Source: Thermoplasmata archaeon (GTDB lineage Archaea > Thermoplasmatota > Thermoplasmata > RBG-16-68-12 > JAGMCJ01). From it: DNA of 38,522 nt. Below the pieces are notes generated by a model that was not told the origin of the DNA, made no database searches, and saw nothing but the letters and a program-made list of their open reading frames with translations. The stretch spans positions 1 to 38,522 of the forward strand of contig JAGMAI010000030.1 in NCBI GenBank assembly GCA_023130895.1. Direction: 5' to 3'. Within the stretch, counting starts at the first letter, position 1. The number at the start of each line of letters is the position of its first letter. Both the position numbers and the translations under genes were made by a program. This document shows, one piece after another, positions 19,281-28,476 of the stretch.

Positions 19281-19344
19281 AAGGCGTTGGCGGGGCAAAT
19301 CTTTAAATCGGCGCGCTCATTACATGCCTGGGAAGGGGACTATC

Positions 19345-19560
19345 ATGGTTTTGCCCACGAAGGTATTGGAGAATGCGCTCAATAGGGAGATACTTCTGGT
19401 TTTGAAAGACAGCAGAGTGCTCGAAGGGAAGCTGGTGGGTTTCGACGAGTACATGAACCTCGTGCTGGAGGATACCGAGGAGACGAAGGAGGAGCAGGTC
19501 CGAAGGCTCGGGACAGTTGTTCTCCGCGGGAACAATGTCGTCACGATAAGCCCCAAGTGA
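19345..19560 (+). CDS. Sm-like (LSm/SmAP) RNA-binding protein
   Basis: Sm1 GKLVGFDEYMNLVL and Sm2 LGTVVLRGNNVV motifs; purine-rich SD before ATG 19345. Confidence 0.93.
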   Translation: MVLPTKVLENALNREILLVLKDSRVLEGKLVGFDEYMNLVLEDTEETKEEQVRRLGTVVLRGNNVVTISPK

Positions 19561-19597
19561 ACAAAGGTTGATAAATCCCGAGACCCTTGTCCGGGCG

Positions 19598-20620
19598 ATG
19601 CAGGCGGTCCTTCTTGTTGGCGGTCTTGGAACGAGGCTCAGGCCTCTGACGTATTCCAGACCGAAGCCTCTTCTGCCATTGCTGAACCGGCCTATGGTCT
19701 CCTACCTCCTGGACCTGCTTCCCGATTCCGTCGACGAGGTGATCGTGCCCGTGAGCTACATGTCGCGGCGGATGCGGGACTACTTCAACTCGCTCCATGA
19801 CGGCAGGAACTACGTCGTCGTTCACGAGGTCGAGCCCCTCGGGACGGGAGGGGCGCTGGCCAATGTGTCCGATCACCTGACGGATGACTTCCTCGTGTTC
19901 AACGGTGACATCGTCAGCTCGATCGATATCAAGTCCCTCATCGACTTCCACAGGGAGAAAGAAGGTGTCGGGACCATCGCGCTCTGGGACGTCGAGAATC
20001 CCGAGGCCTTCGGGATCGTGCAGCTGGACGAGGATGACCGGATAACGTTGTTCAAGGAGAAGCCCAGAGGGAACGAGATAGTCTCGCACAAGGCGAACGC
20101 GGGCATCTACGTGCTCAACGAGAGCGTCCTGGACGACATTCCGGCAGAGAAGGTCGTCTCCCTCGAGCGGGAGGTCTTCCCAGTGCAGGTCAGGGAGGGC
20201 CTCTTCGGCTTCGGCTTCGAGGGTTACTGGGTCGACTGCGGGACAACGGAGAACTTCCTCTCTGCCAGCGGTATGCTGATGGACTACTTCGGCACGGACG
20301 TGTCAGAGGAGGCCCGTCTGGGGAAGAGCGTGAAGGAGGAGCACCCCATCGTCATCGGTCAGGGGTCGAAAGTCTCTGGCGGACACATCGGACCGCGAGT
20401 CTGTCTGGGCAAGGACGTGGAGGTCAAGGGAGCGTCGCTGTCGGAGAGCGTGATTATGGACTCGACGACGATCGGCAAGGACGTGACGGTGACCTCGTCC
20501 ATAATCGGAGAGCACTGCGTGGTCCCCGACAGGTGCGTCATCGAGAGGTCCGTGATCGCCGACGACTACGAGCTGGAGAAGGGCGAGAAGGTCACAGACC
20601 TGAAGGTCGGTATGAGATGA
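19598..20620 (+). CDS. NDP-sugar pyrophosphorylase (mannose-1-phosphate guanylyltransferase-like) with left-handed beta-helix tail
   Basis: GGLGTRLRPLT..RPKPLLP, EPLGTGGA, NGD, FKEKP, YWVDCGT; hexapeptide repeats. Confidence 0.92.
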   Translation: MQAVLLVGGLGTRLRPLTYSRPKPLLPLLNRPMVSYLLDLLPDSVDEVIVPVSYMSRRMRDYFNSLHDGRNYVVVHEVEPLGTGGALANVSDHLTDDFLVFNGDIVSSIDIKSLIDFHREKEGVGTIALWDVENPEAFGIVQLDEDDRITLFKEKPRGNEIVSHKANAGIYVLNESVLDDIPAEKVVSLEREVFPVQVREGLFGFGFEGYWVDCGTTENFLSASGMLMDYFGTDVSEEARLGKSVKEEHPIVIGQGSKVSGGHIGPRVCLGKDVEVKGASLSESVIMDSTTIGKDVTVTSSIIGEHCVVPDRCVIERSVIADDYELEKGEKVTDLKVGMR

Positions 20621-21987
20621 CCAGGCTCTTCGGGACGAACGGGGTCAGGGGTGTAGTGAACGAGACGATGACGATCGGCCTCGCGACCGACCTGAGCAGG
20701 GCCATCGGTACGTTTTTTGGCGGGGGCAATGTCGCCATCGGCTGCGACACGAGAACATCAGCGGACATGCTCAAGTCCGCGTCCGTGTCCGGCCTCCTCT
20801 CGGCTGGATGCTCCGTGATAGATCTCTCCATTGTACCGTCCCCGACGTTGCAGCTGGAGGTGAAGAACGGCGACTATTCCGGCGGGATCATAATCACCGC
20901 CTCGCACAATCCTCCCGAGTTCAACGGAATCAAGTGCGTCGATGCCGAGGGTATGGAGATGGACAAGGCGGGCGAGGAGGCCATCGAGGACATCTACTTC
21001 TCGAAGCGCTTTCTCACTGTTGGATGGGAGGACTACAGGAACCGCGAGGAGAACGTCGACGCCGTTGACAATTACATCTCGTCCATACTAGGGAACGTGG
21101 ACGTGGAGTCCATCAAGCGGGCGAAACCCAATGTCGTCCTCGACTGCGCGAACGGCGCCGCATACCTCTCCTCTCCTCGACTGCTCGAACGCTTGGGATG
21201 CGAGACGGTGCTGCTGAACGAGGTCCCCGACGGCACTTTCCCCGGTCACAATTCGGAGCCGATCCAGGAGAACCTCGCCGAGCTGATGGAAGTCGTTGCG
21301 GACTCCGATGCGGTCCTCGGGATCGCGCACGATGGCGACGCGGACAGGTCCGTGTTCGTCGACGAGAATGGCGACTACGTCCCCGGGGACAAGAGCCTGG
21401 CGCTGATCGCGAAGAGGACAGTGGAGGAGAAATCGGGCGGGCTCGTTGTCACGCCAGTGAGCTCATCGAGCTGTGTTGAAGAGGCCGTGACGAAGTCTGG
21501 CGGGGAGATCAGGTACACGGCCGTGGGTTCTCCGATAGTCGCGAGGGTGATGAAAGCGACGGGCGCCGTCTTTGGCGGGGAGGAGAACGGCGGGCTGATC
21601 TTTCCAGAGCATCAGTACTGCAGGGACGGAGGCATGGCAGCGGCGAAGGTCATCGAGCTTCTGGCTCTCTCCGGAGAGCAGCTGTCGAGCCTTCTGCAGG
21701 AAGTGCCCGTCTATCACAACTTGAAGAAGAAGATCCACTGCCCCAACGAGATCAAGTCCGAGGTCCTCGAAGGGCTCTCCAGCGAGTTCGAAGGAAAGGA
21801 GACCGACACGACAGACGGTGTGAAGGTCCTCTACCCGGACGGTTGGATTCTCGTGAGACCATCGGGGACCGAGCCGCTCTTCAGAGTGTTCGCGGAATCG
21901 AAATCACAGGGTAGAGCGAAGGAGCTCGCGGACGAAGGAGTGAGAATCATCACCGAACTGATCGAGTCTAGAACGAAAGGCTCATAA
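20617..21987 (+). CDS. glmM: Phosphoglucosamine/phosphomannomutase
   Basis: LFGTNGVRG, ITASHNP, HDGDADR, GGEENGG, VRPSGTEP; ATGA overlap with the upstream stop. Confidence 0.92.
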   Translation: MTRLFGTNGVRGVVNETMTIGLATDLSRAIGTFFGGGNVAIGCDTRTSADMLKSASVSGLLSAGCSVIDLSIVPSPTLQLEVKNGDYSGGIIITASHNPPEFNGIKCVDAEGMEMDKAGEEAIEDIYFSKRFLTVGWEDYRNREENVDAVDNYISSILGNVDVESIKRAKPNVVLDCANGAAYLSSPRLLERLGCETVLLNEVPDGTFPGHNSEPIQENLAELMEVVADSDAVLGIAHDGDADRSVFVDENGDYVPGDKSLALIAKRTVEEKSGGLVVTPVSSSSCVEEAVTKSGGEIRYTAVGSPIVARVMKATGAVFGGEENGGLIFPEHQYCRDGGMAAAKVIELLALSGEQLSSLLQEVPVYHNLKKKIHCPNEIKSEVLEGLSSEFEGKETDTTDGVKVLYPDGWILVRPSGTEPLFRVFAESKSQGRAKELADEGVRIITELIESRTKGS

Positions 21988-22774
21988 GCCAATTGAAGAA
22001 GTTGGAGTGCAGCACGAACCAGGTCAGAACTGCCCCGATGGACACCGTGAGGAGGTTGTTGGTCTTTTTCGTAAGCCAGCCTCTCGTCTCCAGCGTCGCC
22101 CCGAACACGCTATCGATCTGACAGCCGACGAAGCCGATTACGAGCGGGATGATGATCACGAGCGGATTCATGGGCATCGTGTCCGTGAGGAATGCGAGGA
22201 ACACCCACCCCATGACCGCCGTGTAAGCTGCCGCGGCCAGCGCGGAGAGATTCCCGAGCCTTGACACGCCGCCGTTCGTCCCCGGTGGGACCCTCTTGAG
22301 CGTGGTGATCAGATAGGTCCTGTCGCTCAGGACACCGATCTCGCTAGCAAGAGTATCCGCTGCGGCCACCGCTATGGCCGACACGAAGATAATGCCAGTA
22401 TGCTCCAGGGGAAAGGGCTCGACCGCCATGCTCTGGGCTATGAACGGCAGAAAGGCTATCGCCGCCGGTACAAGCCCGTTCGCGACGACGTTCGCCCCTC
22501 CCCGCTCGCCCTTCACGCCTTCCTGGACGCCCTTCTTCTCCTTGAGCGCGAACTTGTAGCGCGTTGCCGCGAAGCTGGTCAGGAGGAATATCAGAAGGAG
22601 GATGAGCCACGCTATGTGACCAAAGACACCTATGACGAAGCCCACTCCGAAGGCAGTGGCGGCGCCCTCCTTGTTGAGCACTTCCTTGTGGTAGGCTAGG
22701 AAGCTCAGGACCCCGCAGACGATCGCGACCGTCGGAATTGCGACCTCGATTGGCCAGTCCAACACGAGCGGCAA
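21968..22774 (-). CDS. DUF92 (TIGR00297-like) integral membrane protein
   Basis: RGGANVVANG, AADTLASEIG, VPPGTNGGVS, DSVFGATLE motifs. Confidence 0.9.
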   Translation of the reverse strand: MPLVLDWPIEVAIPTVAIVCGVLSFLAYHKEVLNKEGAATAFGVGFVIGVFGHIAWLILLLIFLLTSFAATRYKFALKEKKGVQEGVKGERGGANVVANGLVPAAIAFLPFIAQSMAVEPFPLEHTGIIFVSAIAVAAADTLASEIGVLSDRTYLITTLKRVPPGTNGGVSRLGNLSALAAAAYTAVMGWVFLAFLTDTMPMNPLVIIIPLVIGFVGCQIDSVFGATLETRGWLTKKTNNLLTVSIGAVLTWFVLHSNFFNWLMSLSF

Positions 22775-22903
22775 TGAATTTCTCGTGATATAAAAAGGAT
22801 GTGGTCGTCCAAGCCATCGCTGTGAGGGTCAAGCACGCGGATATCGAGGAAGCGCGGTGGCGGTCCCGAACGCCGAAACGAAAACCTTCGCGTGGGGACG
22901 GTC

Positions 22904-23920
22904 TCAGAACCACTGGTCGAGGCTCTTCTGCTTCATCAACGATCTGCCCTCCCCCATCTTGCGGAGGGCCTTTCTCACCCGATCCTCGGAGAAGTCGAAT
23001 TCGTCCCTGAGATACGCGACTGTCCCGTCCTCATCGGGCTCGGACCACTCCAGGGAGAAGTCCACAGAGACGAGCGGCTCGAGGAAGATCTCCCTGATGC
23101 GTTGCACGTTCGCAACGTCGAACCCTTCCTTCTCGCACACTGTCTCGATGTCGCCGTGCTTCTTGATCATGTGAAGGGCCTTCTTCGGGCCGATGCCTCG
23201 GACGCCCTCGTTGAAATCCGTCCCCACCAGCATCGCCATGTCCACGAGCTGCTCCCTCGTGACCTCGAGCGCCTCCAACGCCGAATCGAGAAGGACAAGC
23301 TCCGGAATGGCGGGACCGCCCCCCCGTCCCCGTCCCCGTCTCCGCCCGGAAACGGTGAGGTTGCGCACGAGTCTGTCTGCGCCAAAGAGGAGCGAGTCGA
23401 AGTCCTGGGAGGCCGTCGCCCAGACCTCCCCCTTCCTCGTCATGTCGCTCGCCTGGGCTTCTCCTTCGCCGGGCGCCTGGATGCATGGTATTCCGAGGAG
23501 CTCCAGGAGCTCCTTGGACTGGTCCACCATCTCCTTGTTCAATCGGGAGGACTGAGAGGCCTTGATCCTGGCCTTCTCCGTGTCCCCCGCTGCGAGCGCC
23601 TTCTTCCACTCCTTCTCGGCCTCTCTCCTGATGGCGCTCCTTGCGGCGATCGTCTCCGACTTCAGCTTCGGCGGTTCTCCGTCGAAAACATACACGGGCT
23701 TGATGCCCATCTGCAGCAGGTTGGCGTTCCTGTACATGAGCCCCGATAGATGGGACGTTGTTCTTCCTTTCGAGTCCCTCAAAGGAGTGCCGTCCGGCTG
23801 GCGTATTATCGCGAGGAACTGGTAGATCGCATTGAAAGCGTCGATGGCAACGGTCCTGCCCCCGAGGTCCTCCAGTTTGATCTGCTTCGCGGGTATGATG
23901 TCCGCTATGTCGACTCCCAT
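22904..23920 (-). CDS. fen: Flap endonuclease 1
   Basis: AIDAFNAIYQFL.IIRQPDG, VFDG, GEGEAQA, SQDFDSLLFG, GTDFN.G..GIGPKKA; C-terminal PIP box QKSLDQWF. Confidence 0.97.
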   Translation of the reverse strand: MGVDIADIIPAKQIKLEDLGGRTVAIDAFNAIYQFLAIIRQPDGTPLRDSKGRTTSHLSGLMYRNANLLQMGIKPVYVFDGEPPKLKSETIAARSAIRREAEKEWKKALAAGDTEKARIKASQSSRLNKEMVDQSKELLELLGIPCIQAPGEGEAQASDMTRKGEVWATASQDFDSLLFGADRLVRNLTVSGRRRGRGRGGGPAIPELVLLDSALEALEVTREQLVDMAMLVGTDFNEGVRGIGPKKALHMIKKHGDIETVCEKEGFDVANVQRIREIFLEPLVSVDFSLEWSEPDEDGTVAYLRDEFDFSEDRVRKALRKMGEGRSLMKQKSLDQWF

Positions 23921-23952
23921 CGCTTCCGAATGGGTCGACCGCCTAAAAACAC

Positions 23953-24183
23953 CTAGGGTTGATCCTTCAGCAGGGTCTCTATCCGACCCAACTGCTCGGT
24001 GTTCTTCGTGGCCAGGTCCCTGTGGACCTTGTGTATCTTGAGCATCTCCTTGGAAAGACTGTTCTGGGCCTTCAGGTTGTCCTTGAGGAATCCGATCTCC
24101 CTCTCCATCGCTCTCTGATTCTCGACGAGTTGGAGAACCATCTCGCTTAATTCCCTTAGTTCCAAATCCTTCTTCGAGTGCAT
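23953..24183 (-). CDS. Small coiled-coil hypothetical protein
   Basis: Heptad-like Leu pattern; GGTGA SD upstream; fills the gap between pyrI and fen. Confidence 0.6.
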   Translation of the reverse strand: MHSKKDLELRELSEMVLQLVENQRAMEREIGFLKDNLKAQNSLSKEMLKIHKVHRDLATKNTEQLGRIETLLKDQP

Positions 24184-24231
24184 CTCATCACCCGCCAGGA
24201 AATGGTCTTCGCAGATAAAAACCTTGTCGGT

Positions 24232-24690
24232 TCAGGTTATGGCGTCCACGATGTTCTCGAGGTCTCTCTCGCAGTAGACGCATCTCAACCGGACCGGGCT
24301 CTTGGAGACGACAACGAACTCCGTCTCCACGGGCTCCCTGAGATTCGTGATGCAGTTGGGGTTCCCGCATTTCAGGATCCCCTTCGCGACCTCGGGGAGC
24401 TCCACCTTGTGCTTCTGCTTCACGTTGAAGTTCTGGATGATGTTTATCGTCGCATTAGGTGCAACAAGGGCAATCTTGTCGACCTCCTTTTCCAAGAGCT
24501 CTCTGTCCTCCACCTTGACGATGTCCTTGAGCGTGCTCTTCTTGCTCGTCACGCGCATCGCCACGCTGACAGTCGAGTCGGAGCTCTCCTCCGTTATCCC
24601 GAGTATCTTGAGGACCTTGAGCGCCATTCCCGCAGGTATGTGGTCGATCACGGTGCCGTTCTTGATCGGCGTGACCCTGAGCTCCCTCAT
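24232..24690 (-). CDS. pyrI: Aspartate carbamoyltransferase regulatory subunit
   Basis: [17 protein letters not shown], Zn ligands C.NPNCIT..E and C.YCE. Confidence 0.96.
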   Translation of the reverse strand: MRELRVTPIKNGTVIDHIPAGMALKVLKILGITEESSDSTVSVAMRVTSKKSTLKDIVKVEDRELLEKEVDKIALVAPNATINIIQNFNVKQKHKVELPEVAKGILKCGNPNCITNLREPVETEFVVVSKSPVRLRCVYCERDLENIVDAIT

Positions 24691-25622
24691 TCGACCGCCC
24701 CCAGTATGAGCGCGAGAAGGGCCATCCTCACGGGGACACCGTTGAACGCCTGCTCGAAGTACCTGGCGTGGTGCGTGCCGTCGACGGATGGGTGTATCTC
24801 GTTGACCCTCGGCAGAGGGTGCATCACGATCAAGTCCTTCTTCGCCTCCTCGAGCAGTCCCACGTCCACCTTGTACAGACCGGCCACTCTCTGGTATTCC
24901 TGCGGGTCAGGGAACCTCTCCTTCTGGATCCGCGTGACGTAGAGGACATCGACCTTTCCGATCACGTCGTTCAGGTCGCCCGTTAGCTTGGGCCGCACCT
25001 TGCCCACCTTCGCATCATCCACGACCTCCTTGGGCATCTGCAACGTCGGGGGCGCGACGAAGTATAGCTTCGCCCCGAAGAGGGAAAGCGCGTAGGAGAG
25101 CGAGTGCGCCGTCCTTCCGTACTTGAGGTCACCGACGAGGGCAACCTTCTGCCCCTCTATCTTGCCCTTCTCCGTCCATATCGTGAACAGGTCAAGCATC
25201 GTCTGCGTCGGATGCTGGCCGGCACCGTCCCCGCCGTTTATGATGGGCTTCGCGGAGAAATTCGCAGCGAGCCTTGCCGCCCCCATGTGGTGGTGTCTCA
25301 GGACGGTCACATCCGCGTAGGACTCGGCCATCTTTATCGTGTCCGCCAGCGTCTCGCCCTTCTTCAGAGAGCTCGCCTCGGGGTCCGCCATTCCGATGGC
25401 CCTGCCGCCAAGCCTGCTCATCGCGCTCTCGAAGGAGAGGCGGGTCCTAGTGCTGGGCTCGAAGAAGATCGTGGCGAGCACCTTGCCCCTCAGGGACTCG
25501 TCCCTCCTTTCGCCCTTTGCCGCGGGGACCATCTTCTTCGCGGTCTTCAGAATATGCATGATCTCCTTCACGGAAAAGTCCTTGATGGATAGTATGTCCC
25601 TCCCCTCGAACTTCATGCTCAT
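24687..25622 (-). CDS. pyrB: Aspartate carbamoyltransferase catalytic subunit
   Basis: [35 protein letters not shown]. Confidence 0.98.
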   Translation of the reverse strand: MSMKFEGRDILSIKDFSVKEIMHILKTAKKMVPAAKGERRDESLRGKVLATIFFEPSTRTRLSFESAMSRLGGRAIGMADPEASSLKKGETLADTIKMAESYADVTVLRHHHMGAARLAANFSAKPIINGGDGAGQHPTQTMLDLFTIWTEKGKIEGQKVALVGDLKYGRTAHSLSYALSLFGAKLYFVAPPTLQMPKEVVDDAKVGKVRPKLTGDLNDVIGKVDVLYVTRIQKERFPDPQEYQRVAGLYKVDVGLLEEAKKDLIVMHPLPRVNEIHPSVDGTHHARYFEQAFNGVPVRMALLALILGAVE

Positions 25623-25670
25623 CCTTGCTCAGAATGAATCTATGAATAATAAAGCTACCGAGGGCAAAGG

Positions 25671-25862
25671 TCACTTCTTCCCGAGAAAAGCGTAGGTCAC
25701 CCATTCCCTCTTGTCCTTCATGCTCAACCACGCTCTTGTCAAGTCTGGGATGTGCTTGGCTCTCTCCACGGCCAAAGATGCTATCGTCCTGGCCGCTATC
25801 GCATCCACGTCCACTCCCAGAACGCTCTTGAGCAGATACTTAACCCTTTCCCTCTTGTCCAT
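25671..25862 (-). CDS. Small hypothetical protein with an internal repeat
   Basis: Leaderless ATG about 27 bp after a minus-strand TTTTTATATA; MDKRERVKYLL / MKDKREWVTYAF repeat. Confidence 0.55.
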   Translation of the reverse strand: MDKRERVKYLLKSVLGVDVDAIAARTIASLAVERAKHIPDLTRAWLSMKDKREWVTYAFLGKK

Positions 25863-25892
25863 CTCAATAATAATAGGCCTCGTTCAGGTATA

Positions 25893-26013
25893 TAAAAAAG
25901 GGGGAAGGCCCAGGTCCTTTCGGGCCCGGTCCTTGTGGAGGAGGGGGTGAGCGTAAAAAAGGGGGTGGGCAATCCCGGTTTCCCAGAACCGCCCGTGGGT
26001 TGTGGAGGAGGGG
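25893..26013 (-). repeat. Tandem duplicated 3' UTR module CCCCTCCTCCACAA - GNRA hairpin - CCCCC-T6 (terminator or sRNA-like)
   Basis: Two units (26013-25954 and 25947-25893) share a 14-nt head and C5-T6 tail but have different GAAA-capped stems. Confidence 0.75.
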
Positions 26014-26361
26014 TTATCTTGATAGGACGTCGACGGCTTTCCAGTCGCCTCCGAAGTCCTTGGTGACGCCTGAGGCCAGCTGGAACCTGACTCGAAGCCT
26101 GCCATTCTCGAAGAAGATGTAGGCGTTCCTGAGTTGCGAAAGATAGAGACTGATCCGCTTCCCTCTCTGCGTGAGGGCCCTTTCAACACACTTTATCAGT
26201 CCGGCTTTCTCCAGCATGTGGATTCTTCGGTACGTAGCAGCGATTGGAATCCCGTACTCCCTGCTGAGATCAATCGCGCTCTTGGGTTTCTTGAATGTCG
26301 CAACAAGGATTCTTGCTGCGTATTCGTCCGTTATCAGTCGTGATGCTTCCAAAGGATCCAT
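26014..26361 (-). CDS. Winged-helix (ArsR-like) transcription regulator, paralog 1
   Basis: TDEYAARILVAT..PKSA.DLS..YGIPIAATYRRI..LE.AGLI; GGAGG SD before ATG 26361. Confidence 0.88.
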   Translation of the reverse strand: MDPLEASRLITDEYAARILVATFKKPKSAIDLSREYGIPIAATYRRIHMLEKAGLIKCVERALTQRGKRISLYLSQLRNAYIFFENGRLRVRFQLASGVTKDFGGDWKAVDVLSR

Positions 26362-26425
26362 CTTCTTTCCTCCTGACCTCAATATTCCAATCCCCCACGA
26401 CCGTATATATAACGCAACGGGACGA

Positions 26426-26441
26426 GTATCATGGCTGATTC
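26426..26441. promoter_or_regulatory. Palindromic operator GTATCA-N4-TGATTC upstream of the wHTH paralog 1 TATA box
   Basis: Matches TTATCA-N4-TGATAA; minus-strand TTATATAT at about 26405-26412. Confidence 0.7.
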
Positions 26442-26454
26442 TCAATCGTAATAA

Positions 26455-26997
26455 TCAGCCGCCTATTACGTCCGCGTTTCTCTCCAGAAGAGCTAGCTCC
26501 TTCGGTTCAAAGGCCCGCGAGTCTATCGAGACGAGGAACAGGGCCTTCTTCTGCATCACGATCTCGTTCACGTACTCTATGAACTTCAGGATCCTCGGGA
26601 AGTCGTTGTTGATCATCAGATACTCGAGCCCGTCGAGGAGAATGGCTGACTTGCCACCCTTGTCCATGAAGTTGCTGATGAGGTTCGTGAGGCTCCCGAG
26701 GTTGTGGGGGTCGACATAGTCCCTGCCGAGCGTGGTGGAGAGCCATATCACCTTCATCCCATCCCGCCCGCGCTTCCTCGGTATGTGGTCCGGATGCCTC
26801 CTTGTGATGTAGAGGCCCGCGTAGCCGTCATCCATCAGCTGGGTGAGGTACTCGAGCGCTCTCTCGTGCCTCCGCTCGTGAAGGAAGTACGAGTGCCCCT
26901 CCTTGAGGACTTCTTGCCCTTTGCCCAGGAATATGTTTCGGAAGAGCTCGTCCGTCGCGTTGTCTATGCTCAACACTAGCAAGGGCAGCATTCCCAA
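26455..26997 (-). CDS. DUF835-family (inactive KaiC/RecA-fold) protein
   Basis: GLYITRRHP, VIWLS, ILLDGLEYL.INNDF..ILKF, ELALLERN. True start may lie downstream of the TTG at 26997. Confidence 0.85.
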   Translation of the reverse strand: MGMLPLLVLSIDNATDELFRNIFLGKGQEVLKEGHSYFLHERRHERALEYLTQLMDDGYAGLYITRRHPDHIPRKRGRDGMKVIWLSTTLGRDYVDPHNLGSLTNLISNFMDKGGKSAILLDGLEYLMINNDFPRILKFIEYVNEIVMQKKALFLVSIDSRAFEPKELALLERNADVIGG

Positions 26998-27051
26998 TCA
27001 ATCCTCGCTTCTTGGATTACCTCTCATGGGTTCTTATACATTCTGCAATCA

Positions 27052-27067
27052 ATATCAGGAATGATAC
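27052..27067. promoter_or_regulatory. Palindromic operator ATATCA-N4-TGATAC between the divergent DUF835 and wHTH-TPR genes
   Basis: About 12 bp upstream of minus-strand GTATAAG (27033-27039). Confidence 0.7.
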
Positions 27068-27138
27068 TCTGGTCATGTTCTGGACCCGAGCTGTGAGCAT
27101 GCGAAAACACTAAATCAAAGGCGACTGATACGACCCTT

Positions 27139-28476
27139 ATGATGCTCACCGCCTTGGAGAAGCCGACGGGCACCTTGAGAATCCTCGCGTACGTCCATCA
27201 GAACGAACGCGGGACTATCTCTGACTTCTACAGAAAGGTCGGGATAAACCAGGAATCCGCCTATTCCGCCCTGAGGAATCTCCTGCAGCTGGGCCTGATC
27301 TACGAGAAGGAGGAGGGCAAGTTCCCCTTCAGGAAGTTCTACTTGCTCACAAGCAAGGGGGAGCAGATCGCGGAGAAGCTGTCGTCCATAGAGGAAACGC
27401 TGACCGACACGGTATACGGCTACTATCACAGGCTCGAGGAGCTGGAGGCAGCGCCTGAGGCTCCTGAGAACCTTGCTGCCAGGCTCGAGATGATGCTCAA
27501 GATCCAGGATGTCTGCTTCGCGACCGGCGAGTGGGATTCCTGCATGGAGTACTGCGGGAAGTCGCTGGACCTCGCGCAGAGGTTGGATGACAAAGCCGCG
27601 CAGCTGAAGATCTTCAGAGATGTTGGGTGGATACACGAGAGGAGAAATGACTGGGATGCGGCCCGGAAGAACTTCGAGAGCGGCCTTGGGTTGGCGAGGG
27701 AGACGGGCGATTTGTCCGCCATGGCCAGCATATTCTACGACCTGGGGGCCATCCACGAGAGGAATGGAGAGTACGGCCGAGCGTTGGAGTTCTTTGACAA
27801 GTCAAGGCAAGCATCACAAGACGCCAAGAATGACTGGAATCTGGCAAGAGCTCTCTACGCCTTCGGGCGCGTGGAGGCTCAGAGAGGGAACTACCAGAAG
27901 TCCATTGGGTACATGGAGAAGTCCATCGGGATGCTCGAGGAGATCGGTGACCTGAGCGAGCTGGCCAAGGTCTGCACCGGAATGGGGGCCACGTGGTTCT
28001 ACCTGGACGACATGGACAAGACGATAGAGTACCACGAGAAGTGCATACGGACCGCCGAGAAGCTGGGGGATGCGACGGGGATCGGATATGGCCTGTCCAA
28101 CGCTGCCGAGGCCTACGCGCTGAAAGGCGACACGAAGAAGGCTTTTGAGTACCTTGAGAGGGCGCTCCTCATCTTCGAGAAGCTCAACGAGAGGATGATG
28201 ATTTCATCCGTGTACTCCCACTACGGTCAGACCCATCGACTCAGAGAGGAATGGAAGGAGTCGGAGGAGTACTTCAGCAAGAGCATCGCCCTGCTGGAAG
28301 AGCTCAATCTGCCCTACAACATGGCCGATGCCCACTACAAGTTCGGCGTCATGTACAAGGAGAAGGGTGAGCGGGACAACGCCGTGGAACACCTCTCCAA
28401 GGCGCACGAGATCTTCGAGAAGATCGGAAACAAGAGCATGATGGGGAAGGTGGCCGGTCTGAGAAACGGTCTATAG
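27139..28476 (+). CDS. N-terminal winged-HTH plus TPR-repeat transcription regulator
   Basis: wHTH (LRILAYV..GTISDF...SAYSALRNLLQLGLI...YLLTSKG) followed by about eight TPR repeats (YDLGAIHERNGEYGRALEFF etc.). Confidence 0.88.
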   Translation: MMLTALEKPTGTLRILAYVHQNERGTISDFYRKVGINQESAYSALRNLLQLGLIYEKEEGKFPFRKFYLLTSKGEQIAEKLSSIEETLTDTVYGYYHRLEELEAAPEAPENLAARLEMMLKIQDVCFATGEWDSCMEYCGKSLDLAQRLDDKAAQLKIFRDVGWIHERRNDWDAARKNFESGLGLARETGDLSAMASIFYDLGAIHERNGEYGRALEFFDKSRQASQDAKNDWNLARALYAFGRVEAQRGNYQKSIGYMEKSIGMLEEIGDLSELAKVCTGMGATWFYLDDMDKTIEYHEKCIRTAEKLGDATGIGYGLSNAAEAYALKGDTKKAFEYLERALLIFEKLNERMMISSVYSHYGQTHRLREEWKESEEYFSKSIALLEELNLPYNMADAHYKFGVMYKEKGERDNAVEHLSKAHEIFEKIGNKSMMGKVAGLRNGL

